This document shows, piece by piece, positions 48,493-57,659 of a stretch of DNA of 64,000 bases; the stretch's first letter is position 1; each line of letters starts with the position of its first letter. Origin of the DNA: Giardia intestinalis (Eukaryota); NCBI GenBank assembly GCA_000002435.2, contig CM018790.1. One strand, given 5' to 3'. The position numbers and the translations under genes are program-made. The notes beneath the pieces were generated by a model that saw only the letters and a program-made list of their open reading frames with translations, had not been told where the DNA came from and made no database searches.

Positions 48493-49350
48493 ATGCGCGC
48501 TGCTCCGCCTGGGGCTGCACCAACAGCTCCTAGGGTGTCTGAGTTTACCTTCGAGCAGCTTCGTGGACTACTGGGTAACGTGCTGGGCAGAGGTGCCATG
48601 GGTACAGTCTACGCTCTCAGGGGCTATCAGGGCCTCGCCGTGAAGGAGATCCGGCTCGACAGCCTGAACGAGAAGGCTATCGACGCCCTCATGCTTGAAC
48701 TAGATGTTCTCCCTGGCCTTCACCACCCAGGGGTTCTCAGATACCACCAAGTGATCAAAGGCAACGACCTCGTCTACATCGTCATGGATCGCCACAGCAG
48801 GACTCTTAATGACCTCGTTATCGAGTGCAAGCAGGGGGACAGACCTATCTCTGTTACTATGATCCTCTCAAGTGTGAGGCAGCTCGTCGCCGCCCTCGCC
48901 TACCTCCACAGCGTCAGCGGAGTGGGTGCCGACGGCCACCCCTACCAGGGCCTCGTCCACCGCGACCTCAAGCCTGCCAACGTCCTCATCAGTAAAAAGG
49001 GAAAGCGCTTCATCATCGCCGACTTCGGCCTCTGCAAGGACGCCCTGAGATGCGGGAGCACCTATGCAGGGACGCCACTATACATGGCCCCCGAGACCCT
49101 TATCCGCAACAAGACCAGTCCCGCCTCCGACGTGTGGAGCCTCGGGGTCATCCTCTACGAGCTTACTACTCTGAGGAGACCGGACTTCTTGGGGGGCAAG
49201 GAGCCAGCAGAGGTCTTCATCGATGGGTGGAGGCCGGACCTGAGCGGTGTCACTGATGGCTTCATAAAGAGTGTTCTGGAGCGGATATTCGTGCTGGAGC
49301 CAGAGAGGAGGCCGACGGCCAGGGAGCTGTGCGAGATGCTCAGACAGTAA
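48493..49350 (+). CDS. NEK-family serine/threonine kinase, catalytically competent (285 aa), in IR1 spacer
   Basis: GRGAMGTVYA loop, AVKEI lysine, HRDLKPANVL, DFG, PLYMAPE. Start context aaaataataaatccacgATGcgc. AGTAAAC (49346-49352) overlaps the TAA stop. Confidence 0.8.
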   Translation: MRAAPPGAAPTAPRVSEFTFEQLRGLLGNVLGRGAMGTVYALRGYQGLAVKEIRLDSLNEKAIDALMLELDVLPGLHHPGVLRYHQVIKGNDLVYIVMDRHSRTLNDLVIECKQGDRPISVTMILSSVRQLVAALAYLHSVSGVGADGHPYQGLVHRDLKPANVLISKKGKRFIIADFGLCKDALRCGSTYAGTPLYMAPETLIRNKTSPASDVWSLGVILYELTTLRRPDFLGGKEPAEVFIDGWRPDLSGVTDGFIKSVLERIFVLEPERRPTARELCEMLRQ

Positions 49351-49371
49351 ACAGCGACCTGTCCTCTCTGC

Positions 49372-49483
49372 CACAGCTTTTATGATAGCGGCCTCCCATG
49401 GCCACGCAGACCGTGTCAAGGTGCTCCTAGAGAAGGAAGGGAGGATGCAGGATAGCTATGGACAGACAGCCCTCATGGTCTGA
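49372..49483 (+). pseudogene. out-of-frame single ankyrin-repeat remnant downstream of the NEK kinase
   Basis: TAFMIAASHGHADRVKVLLEKEGRMQDSYGQTALMV is an ankyrin-repeat-like sequence in a different frame, directly 3' of the kinase stop and ending before the IR1 right arm. Confidence 0.35.
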
Positions 49484-49696
49484 GGGCGAGGATGAATGTA
49501 GGCAGCAGGCAGAGGCTCCCCTCTACTCCTGCAAAGGGACGACCAGGAGCCCAGTGTGATCGTCGGTGCCTGGCTTATATCTCGTGCAGCGCGGGCTGGA
49601 GATCAGACACAATCACCCTAGCAAACAGAGTAGGGATCACTCACCACTCCGCTGGCCCACCGGACCCAGGGGCGCATACAACCATCACCAACCTCA

Positions 49697-51352
49697 GCCC
49701 TCACCGCCCCATACCCCTGCCTCCCCACCAGCCGGACCCACCGGGACCCAGGTGACTACGACTGTAGGAGCACTGCCCGAGCCACAGCTGACCGGACACC
49801 GAGGGCCCAGCCAGTGGAGAGCCCGATGGCAGCTCCTGACAGACGGGGCATCTAAAAAAGGACAGCGACCGGAGCCTCACCAGCCACGAAGGAAGACCAA
49901 GGAGAGGCGCCACGGGTAGAGCAGAGAGCCTGCGAGAAGGCTTGAATTCAAGGCAGATCGGCATGGATATCCAGACAGAGCATATCCTCATGGAGCGGCC
50001 GAGGAATGCCCAGACTTTGAATATATCACTGGAGAGGACTCTCTCGTTATGCTATCCATGACCAACTCTCGTCCGGTCTGGCTAGGAATTAAGCGAAAAT
50101 TTACTCGTGGGATTACTAAACCATGCCCGCAAGCGATAACCCAGCCGTAACATCCCCAAACTTTGTTCCGACCACTAAGACAACGAGCGTGGGTCCACTG
50201 GGCAGCCTATAAGGCCTTTTTGTGCGACGCAGCATGTGGATGCGTCTACTACCTAAATGTGCGTTCGATTACATGATTCTGCACTGGTAAAGCTCCAGCA
50301 TAACAGCAAGTGGCTCTCCGTGTAATCAAAGTTCAGTTCACTTTCAGTTTTCATACCGAGGCACTTGAATGTTCTATTCTTATTCAGCTGTTATTATCTA
50401 GTACGCATTGCTTAGCACTTTGTAAGCTAGGAGGATTCTTTCTCCTATGAGTCCGCGTTTGCATCAGCTTTATCAACTGACAATCTAGTTGATAGTTCAC
50501 ACAGCAAGTCTTTTTACAAATACCAATACATAGCCACAGAATCAATGTTGAGTAAGCTTCTTTTTGTGAGCTTTATTCTGCAATTAGCCCAGGCGGTCCA
50601 AGTAGTAGAAGAAGCAAAAGCAGCGGTCTCTGCCCCAACGCCGTGCGACGCCGCAGACCCCGGCGCGACAAACTGCGCCGCCGGCAAGTGCGACGTGACG
50701 ATCAATGGCAAAACGTACTGCTCCAAATGCAAGAGCGGGTATGTCCCGGTCAACGGCGCCTGCACGCAGCAGGCCCAGGCAAACATGTGCACGCCTGGGT
50801 CGGGAAGCACAGATGGAACCTGCACGGCGTGTACCCAGACGCAGAAGCTCTACAAGGGCGGGTGCTACGATAACTGCCCGTACGGCGACGGATCGGCTCC
50901 GAACACCTGCGCGGACGCGCCTGCTGGCTGCGATCTTCCTAACTGCAAATCATGTCCCGACGGCACGTGCACAGAGTGTAACGATGGATTTGTTCTAGGT
51001 GATGATAAAAAGTGCGTGCCTTCTAGCGCCAACAAGAGCGGCCTCTCCACTGGCGCCATCGCTGGCATCGCTGTGGCCGCTGTCATCGTCGTCGGGGGCC
51101 TCGTCGGCTTCCTCTGCTGGTGGTTCCTCTGTAGAGGCAAAGCGTAGACTTAGATGTGACTTAGGTAGTAAATGCGTTTCCAGCTGCTCCACGCGGCTCC
51201 GTGCAGATATCTGAGCAGGCGGCGAGGGTCGGCGTGAGGCAGAGGCCCGGAAGCAATCCCTCGCGGCCCTGGCCCCCGCTCACCCGCTGCCCCAGTCCGA
51301 CGCAGGGCGCCTCTCGTCCGGTTCCCCGAGTCTCTCCGCGTGGCCCGCGCTG
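49697..51352. repeat. IR1 right arm (~1.65 kb) carrying VSP copy 2
   Basis: Mirror image of 46636..48291. Confidence 0.85.
50545..51147 (+). CDS. variant-specific surface protein (VSP), 200 aa, copy 2 (identical to copy 1)
   Basis: Identical translation to 46841..47443. AGTAAAT at 51167-51173. Confidence 0.85.
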   Translation: MLSKLLFVSFILQLAQAVQVVEEAKAAVSAPTPCDAADPGATNCAAGKCDVTINGKTYCSKCKSGYVPVNGACTQQAQANMCTPGSGSTDGTCTACTQTQKLYKGGCYDNCPYGDGSAPNTCADAPAGCDLPNCKSCPDGTCTECNDGFVLGDDKKCVPSSANKSGLSTGAIAGIAVAAVIVVGGLVGFLCWWFLCRGKA

Positions 51353-51458
51353 CGCCGTGCATCCCGGCGGCGCTGGGCCGTCCAAGAGTCCCCGTGACAC
51401 TTTTGCATCCATCCATCGTAGAATTTTATGCGCGACTGTAGCTGTTTAGTCCCTGCGC

Positions 51459-51531
51459 GGGCGGTTAGCTCAGTTGGTAGAGCGCGTGCTTCGCAAGCAC
51501 GAGGCCGGGGGTTCGACTCCCCCATCGTCCA
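51459..51531 (+). tRNA. tRNA-Ala (anticodon CGC)
   Basis: Cloverleaf folded by hand. Acceptor GGGCGGT/ATCGTCC with a G3:U70 pair (the Ala identity element). D-arm GCTC-AGTTGGTA-GAGC. Anticodon stem CGTGC/GCACG with loop TTCGCAA. T-arm GGGGG-TTCGACT-CCCCC. Discriminator A. CCA is not encoded. Confidence 0.9.
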
Positions 51532-51539
51532 CTTTTCAA

Positions 51540-52481
51540 ATGTCTGCGACGACGACGCTCTTCGAGGGCGATCTCCACTTCGCCCTTGCTCCAGACCTCG
51601 AGGCTCCAGAGTCGTGCGTCTACGCCGTGCAGGTTGGGGACCCCCGCCTTATCTCCATTATTCGGCCTCGGACCACAAATCTTCGCTCCGTCATTGATCC
51701 GCGAAGCATTGAGTTGACTGAGAATCCCATCGTCCTAGAGTTTCTCACAAATAAGGAACGAGAACCCTACACTGTTCGTGGGAAACAAGCTGCGCTAACA
51801 GGCGATATGATACAAGCCCCAGCTTTCGGGCTCGAAACCACAAAGCAACACGTCCTTTCTTTCGTTTTGACAGATTGTACGACAAATATCCGATTCAATG
51901 TCATCTCCAGGCCTGAAAGCACCCTCCGCGGACTGTGCCTCAGTGTACCAAACAACTTCCTTGACAGTCTTCGGGCACAAGAACGACAAGAGTCCGGTTC
52001 ACTCCACATCTTATCGGGCAACGCGGTATGGTTGATGCGCTTACTCAAGGCGAGTTGTGAAAGCGATGGGCGTAGAGATAAACCTGACGAGGATGTTCTC
52101 ACGTCGGATAGAGGTGCACTCTCTCAAATGCTCTTCACAAGTCTCCAGACCACTAGGAATGTAATCTCAACAACTAAGAGTTGGACGCAATCGGACAATG
52201 TTGACAACGAAGAGAGTAAAAGCTCTTCTACGAAAAAGGATGAGGAAAGCGTGCTTAGCATAGACGAATCCAAAGAAGCTAGCGATGATGATGTTGATGA
52301 CACAGAGAACAGAAAGGAGCAGAGGCAGCAACGTCAACGCGAAAAAAAGCGCGGGGCCCTTCAGGGAAATGACGAAGAAAGCGACAACAGCGACCCTCTA
52401 GATGGTGATGGCGTCTCGGCATCCTCCAGGCAGACCACGCGGCCAACTTATGAGGGGTATCCCAGTCGACAGCGGTTATAA
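51540..52481 (+). CDS. hypothetical protein (313 aa) with highly acidic/basic C-terminal tail
   Basis: The first ATG is at 51540, 9 nt after the tRNA 3' end. The track ORF began inside the tRNA via an alternative start. The C-terminus reads DDDVDDTENRKEQRQQRQREKKR. Confidence 0.55.
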   Translation: MSATTTLFEGDLHFALAPDLEAPESCVYAVQVGDPRLISIIRPRTTNLRSVIDPRSIELTENPIVLEFLTNKEREPYTVRGKQAALTGDMIQAPAFGLETTKQHVLSFVLTDCTTNIRFNVISRPESTLRGLCLSVPNNFLDSLRAQERQESGSLHILSGNAVWLMRLLKASCESDGRRDKPDEDVLTSDRGALSQMLFTSLQTTRNVISTTKSWTQSDNVDNEESKSSSTKKDEESVLSIDESKEASDDDVDDTENRKEQRQQRQREKKRGALQGNDEESDNSDPLDGDGVSASSRQTTRPTYEGYPSRQRL

Positions 52482-52512
52482 TTATACATAGAGTTATGAA
52501 TATAACTACAAA

Positions 52513-52758
52513 ATGCGTAATAAATTTGAAATGAAGCTTCACTTTGTCATGTGCTTGCAGTGCGGTTCCAGGCCGAGGTACGACGGGATGCGCCAGTACT
52601 TCAAGCAGAAGAACGTGGACGCGGAATTTTCGTTCGAGGCGGGCCCCGATGGCTCCTTTGAGGTGTCGATGGACGGCACCCAGATTTACAGCAAGTTAGA
52701 GACAGGCAAGTACCCGACCCCTCCTGAGCTTCTTGCTATCATTGAGTCCAAGAAGTAG
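52513..52758 (+). CDS. Rdx-family (SelW/SelT-like) thioredoxin-fold protein with CxxC (Cys, not Sec)
   Basis: VMCLQCGSRPRY ... GSFEVSMDGTQIYSKLETGKYPTPPELLAIIE matches the SelW/Rdx pattern (CxxC/U then GxFEV...G..I.SKL..G.FP). The true start may be the second ATG at 52531. AGTAAAT at 52774-52780. Confidence 0.55.
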   Translation: MRNKFEMKLHFVMCLQCGSRPRYDGMRQYFKQKNVDAEFSFEAGPDGSFEVSMDGTQIYSKLETGKYPTPPELLAIIESKK

Positions 52759-52811
52759 CTCCTCAAGTGTTTGAGTAAATTGATCCCGTTTAAATTTTCT
52801 ATCTCTTCCAA

Positions 52812-54851
52812 ATGGCCGAATTGCACTTCTCGGCTCAGGCACGTCCCGAGAGTGGTCTAGAGTCAACAACCGAGTCAGAAGGGGACACAAATACCAATAC
52901 AGAGGAAAAATTGACCAAAACGCCAGGGCGCGGAGTTGACCTCCTTGAGCCATTTCAAGTCAAAGCAACAGCTGACCTGAATATCTTTGAGTCAGATGAC
53001 GAGAGCCAGGAGCAGCCGAAGGCCTGTGTGCCTAGCAACGGCGCCTCTGGAGGTAATACAAACGAGGCCGTCAAAGGTGCGCAAAACGGTAATCCTCCGG
53101 ACGAGAGGCAGCGGCGCGCACACGGATTACACATTGACATAAAGGCATGTCTCAAGACTCTGTGTCACGGCAGAGTGCCGATACAATACGTCTCTGATGG
53201 CACAGAGGCATCCGATTGCGCAACACACCTGTTAGTTTCGTACAAGTCAGTGCGCAATCTCACCCCTCAGCAACACTGGCATACCTTTTCAAGAAATGAA
53301 GACTGTGCGCTGAGTGCAACACCAGAGATTGGTCTAGGCCTTGCCGCAGCTTGTAAAGAGGGGAAAAAAGCATTCGATGAAACGCAAGACAAGTCTGCCA
53401 ATAAACAAGAGAATGACTTCATGCTTCACTTTGCATCAGCTGAAGCCGTCATTCCTCATCCATCCCCACGCACAGAAGTCGCTGACAACAGTGACGTGGA
53501 TCGACATCCAGGTATAACAGGGAACCAGGAGCTTCTGGTTCCTGCGGTAGCTCATTTTATTTCGCATCCAGGTCAAGGTATTGATAAGATGCCTAGCATG
53601 CAGAATCTTACCAGCTACGCGTACTGTGCACAAATGGTCGATGGCGTGCCACTTCCCCCGCCTCTAGAGAACGCTTGGTATTTTCGATTCACCAGCGCTG
53701 GGGACCTTAAGACACCAATGGACTATGCCATAGACAAGCTGGCTCTACGAACCTGCTCCTATACCTACTCTGCCATGTGCGGTACTAAATCGCTGTTGTT
53801 CAACTACTATGTAGCCGGTGATACCAGCTATGACCCTGTGCTCATCATCCCAGACTTCTATCAAACCCCTCTCTGTGTCGCACCTCTCATCAACCTGCTA
53901 GTCCGAAAAAAGAAGTGTGTGTACATACTAGACATTTCCACAATAGCTACTCGCCTCATGACGCATGAAATTATTGTTTGTTACACAGAGTTTATACTCA
54001 ATGTTTGTCTTCATTTTAGAACCGCGGGAAGAAGGCGATCCAGCACGGTCGGGATGGGCATACAGGAGACGGCGAGAAAGATCAGCCTCATCGGCCAAGG
54101 ATCCGGTGCAAACGTTGCCCTCAAGCTTGCAATCGCGGTCACGATACTTAGTGATGGCTTGGACACCCTTTACACCTATGACTTCGCCAGGCTAGTAACT
54201 GCCCGGCTTATGCGCGATGGTATGAGTAGCGTCAATCTTACGACGATGCTATCTATCCGGTCTGTTATTCTTTGCAATCCGCATATGCCCACCTTTGAGA
54301 CCGTTCTGAAAAATAAAAACGCCCTCATGAGCAAATTAATCAAGCAACCAAGAACCGTTAATTCTAACCGATCAGCCCTACTCTATGCCCTTGGATATGA
54401 TACGGGGATGGTTGCAAGCAGTAAGATGCCAATCGGGGCATTTCCCAATCCTAGCGTGTCAACCAGCCAAACGCCGGCGTCAATAAAGCCAAACTACTTA
54501 AGTTTCTGCCCGCAAGAGCTTCTTGACTTTTATAAGACGCAAATAACCACCTATAACAAGGCGATGTTCCTTTCGATGTCTATCTTGGGGAAAATAGGTG
54601 CACCTGTGGAGGACGAAGATGGCCCTGCTCTCAGCGTATTTGAGATGTACACAAGCTTGACTCCTCTGCATCGGAGCAGCTTTCCACTGAATATTTTCCT
54701 GGGCAGTGACTATAACCTCTTTAGCGGAGAGGATCTGAACCTGCTCTCATCTCTTGGGGATGATAACACCACTGTCTTGCTGCGGACCGTACCAGGATGT
54801 GGTGTAGACATGCTCAATACATGCAAGGACATTCTATGCCACATGCTTTAG
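52812..54851 (+). CDS. hypothetical protein (679 aa), possible NDRG/alpha-beta-hydrolase-like C-terminal region
   Basis: Acidic N-terminal ~200 aa. The block IGQGSGANVALKLAIAV resembles the NDRG (I/V)G(M/V)GAGAYIL nucleophile-elbow region. The family call is low confidence. Confidence 0.5.
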   Translation: MAELHFSAQARPESGLESTTESEGDTNTNTEEKLTKTPGRGVDLLEPFQVKATADLNIFESDDESQEQPKACVPSNGASGGNTNEAVKGAQNGNPPDERQRRAHGLHIDIKACLKTLCHGRVPIQYVSDGTEASDCATHLLVSYKSVRNLTPQQHWHTFSRNEDCALSATPEIGLGLAAACKEGKKAFDETQDKSANKQENDFMLHFASAEAVIPHPSPRTEVADNSDVDRHPGITGNQELLVPAVAHFISHPGQGIDKMPSMQNLTSYAYCAQMVDGVPLPPPLENAWYFRFTSAGDLKTPMDYAIDKLALRTCSYTYSAMCGTKSLLFNYYVAGDTSYDPVLIIPDFYQTPLCVAPLINLLVRKKKCVYILDISTIATRLMTHEIIVCYTEFILNVCLHFRTAGRRRSSTVGMGIQETARKISLIGQGSGANVALKLAIAVTILSDGLDTLYTYDFARLVTARLMRDGMSSVNLTTMLSIRSVILCNPHMPTFETVLKNKNALMSKLIKQPRTVNSNRSALLYALGYDTGMVASSKMPIGAFPNPSVSTSQTPASIKPNYLSFCPQELLDFYKTQITTYNKAMFLSMSILGKIGAPVEDEDGPALSVFEMYTSLTPLHRSSFPLNIFLGSDYNLFSGEDLNLLSSLGDDNTTVLLRTVPGCGVDMLNTCKDILCHML

Positions 54852-56134
54852 TTAACTTGACTCGGGGCTATCGTCACCCTTATAGCGTGCCCCCACACTA
54901 CGAGTTCTGGGGCTTCCACTAATATGTTAACTGCACTATCGAAGCCTGCCAACTCTGCACTGGTATCCATGCTCTTTACGTCTATGCATAGTTTCAACGA
55001 AGCAGTGTATGTCTGTGTGTTAGACATTGCATAACCAAAGGCGGTAATAGACAGCGGTGAATCTACTAGAAAGTGTTTAGTAAATCTATCATAGAACTCC
55101 TCCTTTGTCATGAAGTGCGGTATGTTTTCGCAGTAAACCGTGCTAGTGGGTGGCTCCCCGGCGGCTCTAGCGAAGGACGGCAGAAGTAGTTTATTTGAAT
55201 CGGCACGTGTGATTGCAGAAACTACAGTTGGTGTGTATCTAAATCTATTAAAGGACTCTTGAAAGTGAGATACAGCATAGCATGGCTGTGTAAAGGGGAG
55301 CTGACCAGACGCTGGAAAGCTGCAAAGGGAAAGATCCAACTTAAGTGCCTCACTCTTACACGAGGCCATTGCCGAATGAATTGCCCTTCGCAATATCTTG
55401 ATTAGCTTCTTTCGTCTTCTGGAGCAAAGTAAGCTGCTTTTAACGGGTATTGCCGTGATAAACCTGGCCATACTTCTTGCTAGGCTAGAGCAGCACAAGG
55501 ATGGTTGAATGGCGGCCAGTAGCTCCCCAATGTACAACAATCTATCACCACTAACAATCCTGTACCTGAGGAAGAGTTTTGAAGCTGAAAGAAGCATCAA
55601 AATCCATGCTTTTGATTGATCCCCCGAGACTGTGCCGGAGAGCTTATCTGAGGGTGGCTGCATATCTAGATAGCAAGCTAGAAGCTTATCAACCAGAAGC
55701 GCGGTTCGTTGCGGTGCGTGCAGGTGAGCGTCTTGCAATTCTATGAGAAAATAACGGATCAATTGCTTAAAACAGTCGCTTTTGGGATCTATGTATACTA
55801 TGGGAGATGATAGGTACCTGTCTGCTGCCTCTAAACACTCCTCCAGTATCTTGCTGTCAAAGTAGGCTGATTGCTTCATCCTGCTCGTCAAGATCTCCAA
55901 TCCCTGGACAAAGTGAAGTGTGTTGCAGTCTGTTCGAGGTGCGCTTGCAGTAAAGTCTACCACAAGGCACAGCGAAAGGCCTTGGAGATACTGAGCTGTG
56001 GTTGTGTTAGATGCCTTCAACATTGCATTGCATAATAAGCTGATAGCAGATAAGAAGAATCTCCCGCCCTGAAGCCTAGCCATATTGACCATTGTGTGGC
56101 TAAGGTTCGTACCTTGCCAGAGCTGCGGGCCCAT
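54848..56134 (-). CDS. hypothetical protein (~428 aa)
   Basis: Intact ORF. The track start at 56191 overlaps the divergent AAA-ATPase gene, and the ATG at 56134 (tttttatcgtttATGggc) leaves an 11-bp bidirectional promoter. Its TAA stop overlaps the TAG stop of the convergent gene (ttag). Confidence 0.5.
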   Translation of the reverse strand: MGPQLWQGTNLSHTMVNMARLQGGRFFLSAISLLCNAMLKASNTTTAQYLQGLSLCLVVDFTASAPRTDCNTLHFVQGLEILTSRMKQSAYFDSKILEECLEAADRYLSSPIVYIDPKSDCFKQLIRYFLIELQDAHLHAPQRTALLVDKLLACYLDMQPPSDKLSGTVSGDQSKAWILMLLSASKLFLRYRIVSGDRLLYIGELLAAIQPSLCCSSLARSMARFITAIPVKSSLLCSRRRKKLIKILRRAIHSAMASCKSEALKLDLSLCSFPASGQLPFTQPCYAVSHFQESFNRFRYTPTVVSAITRADSNKLLLPSFARAAGEPPTSTVYCENIPHFMTKEEFYDRFTKHFLVDSPLSITAFGYAMSNTQTYTASLKLCIDVKSMDTSAELAGFDSAVNILVEAPELVVWGHAIRVTIAPSQVN

Positions 56135-56145
56135 AAACGATAAAA

Positions 56146-57651
56146 ATGAATAATACCTATCAGGGCGTACAGCTGCAACTTGAGAATGCACGCTCTCTTG
56201 TGGCCATGAAAATGGAGCAAATAGGTCTAGGGATATATACTGATATTATAGTTCGGGTTTCAGAGGCCCTTGAGCAGGCTGAAAAAGGTGACCCAGATCT
56301 CTCCAATCTTTTGCTTTTAGCGAAATATGAACTCGTTGATCAAGTAAGAAAAAATCCACAGTACTTCTACTTCATAGAAGCGCTAGGAGAGCTTATTCAT
56401 GATCAGGCTGTATCACTAGGTCCAATTCAAATTGTACAATCTTCTGCACCTATTTCATCAAAGCCGCCACCAGTAAGATCTTCCAGGCCTATGCCTCATC
56501 GAAAGGGGATGCGTAAGCATTCATCCTTGCAGGCATCCAAGGCGGGCTCTTCAAAGACCGATGGCCCTCGCCCACCAGATGTCAGGCAAAAAGCACCTAT
56601 ACCGAGCACGCGAGCAAAAAATCACATGCCTCTGCGACAGCAATCTGTTGCACCGGCTTCTACACCTACGTTGAAGACACCAGACCGGCGATTTGACGCA
56701 CTTTCGGCTACCAGTTTGGGGCTTTCACAGGAACACTTCAGTAAGATGGCCTCGACACGAGTATGTTTACTTGCTGCCAACCGAATTCGCGTTGCTGGCA
56801 TGAACGGAGTTAAGCGAGAGCTGAGGAGAGTGATAGAATACCCTATTAAGATCCCAAAAATCTTCCGCCACAACGTCTGGCCCACAACAGGGCTACTTCT
56901 TTACGGACCAGCAGGTACTGGCAAAACCTTAATAGCATCATCCGTGGCTACCCAAGCAGGGTACAACTTCTTCAATGTGGCTATCTCTGATATCGTAAGC
57001 AAGTGGAAGGGAGAGGCCGTACTATGTGTTCGTGCACTCTATACGATTGCACGGGCATGCGCACCAAGTGTGGTATTCATAGATGAGATCGATGCTCTTG
57101 TGTGTGGCGATAGTAGGACAACCGATGAGACCTCTGTTCAGATACGAACAGAACTTCAGACCCAACTGGATGGGTTTCAGCACAAGATATCCGACTCCAT
57201 AGAAGGTGATTTGTCTTTCAATCCAGAATCCCTGGTTATTACTATTGGAGCCACAAATTTCCCGTGGAAGCTAGATGGTCCTATTCTTCGAAGATTTACC
57301 AACCGGGTATACATTGGTTTGCCCGATGAAGCAACCGTTAAAGAGCTACTAACTATGTGTGTTGACTTTGATCGTCAAGATCCAGACGTAACGATTGACT
57401 GGCTTATACCCAGATTGGCTGGCTTCAGTAGCGCTGAAATTAGTGCCATTGCCAGCCGTGCCCAGCTATTGTCATATGAAGAAGCGTTTTCAGAGGTAGC
57501 ATCTACCATAGAGCTAGTCGAGAATAATCAAACAATAGTGTTAAAAAACATACTAACCACTCAAAAGCACTGGGACCTAGTCATATCAGACACCAAGCGA
57601 GTGGTCTCTCTAAATGACATTAAGAGGTATGAAGACTGGCAGGCTGAATAG
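56146..57651 (+). CDS. AAA ATPase of the meiotic clade (katanin p60-like / Vps4-like), N-terminal MIT-like helices
   Basis: Walker A LLYGPAGTGKT, Walker B VVFIDEIDAL, second region of homology and arginine fingers (RFTNRVYIGLPD). The N-terminus resembles the katanin p60 N-domain. Start context gataaaaATGaat. Confidence 0.8.
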   Translation: MNNTYQGVQLQLENARSLVAMKMEQIGLGIYTDIIVRVSEALEQAEKGDPDLSNLLLLAKYELVDQVRKNPQYFYFIEALGELIHDQAVSLGPIQIVQSSAPISSKPPPVRSSRPMPHRKGMRKHSSLQASKAGSSKTDGPRPPDVRQKAPIPSTRAKNHMPLRQQSVAPASTPTLKTPDRRFDALSATSLGLSQEHFSKMASTRVCLLAANRIRVAGMNGVKRELRRVIEYPIKIPKIFRHNVWPTTGLLLYGPAGTGKTLIASSVATQAGYNFFNVAISDIVSKWKGEAVLCVRALYTIARACAPSVVFIDEIDALVCGDSRTTDETSVQIRTELQTQLDGFQHKISDSIEGDLSFNPESLVITIGATNFPWKLDGPILRRFTNRVYIGLPDEATVKELLTMCVDFDRQDPDVTIDWLIPRLAGFSSAEISAIASRAQLLSYEEAFSEVASTIELVENNQTIVLKNILTTQKHWDLVISDTKRVVSLNDIKRYEDWQAE

Positions 57652-57659
57652 TAGCATCT

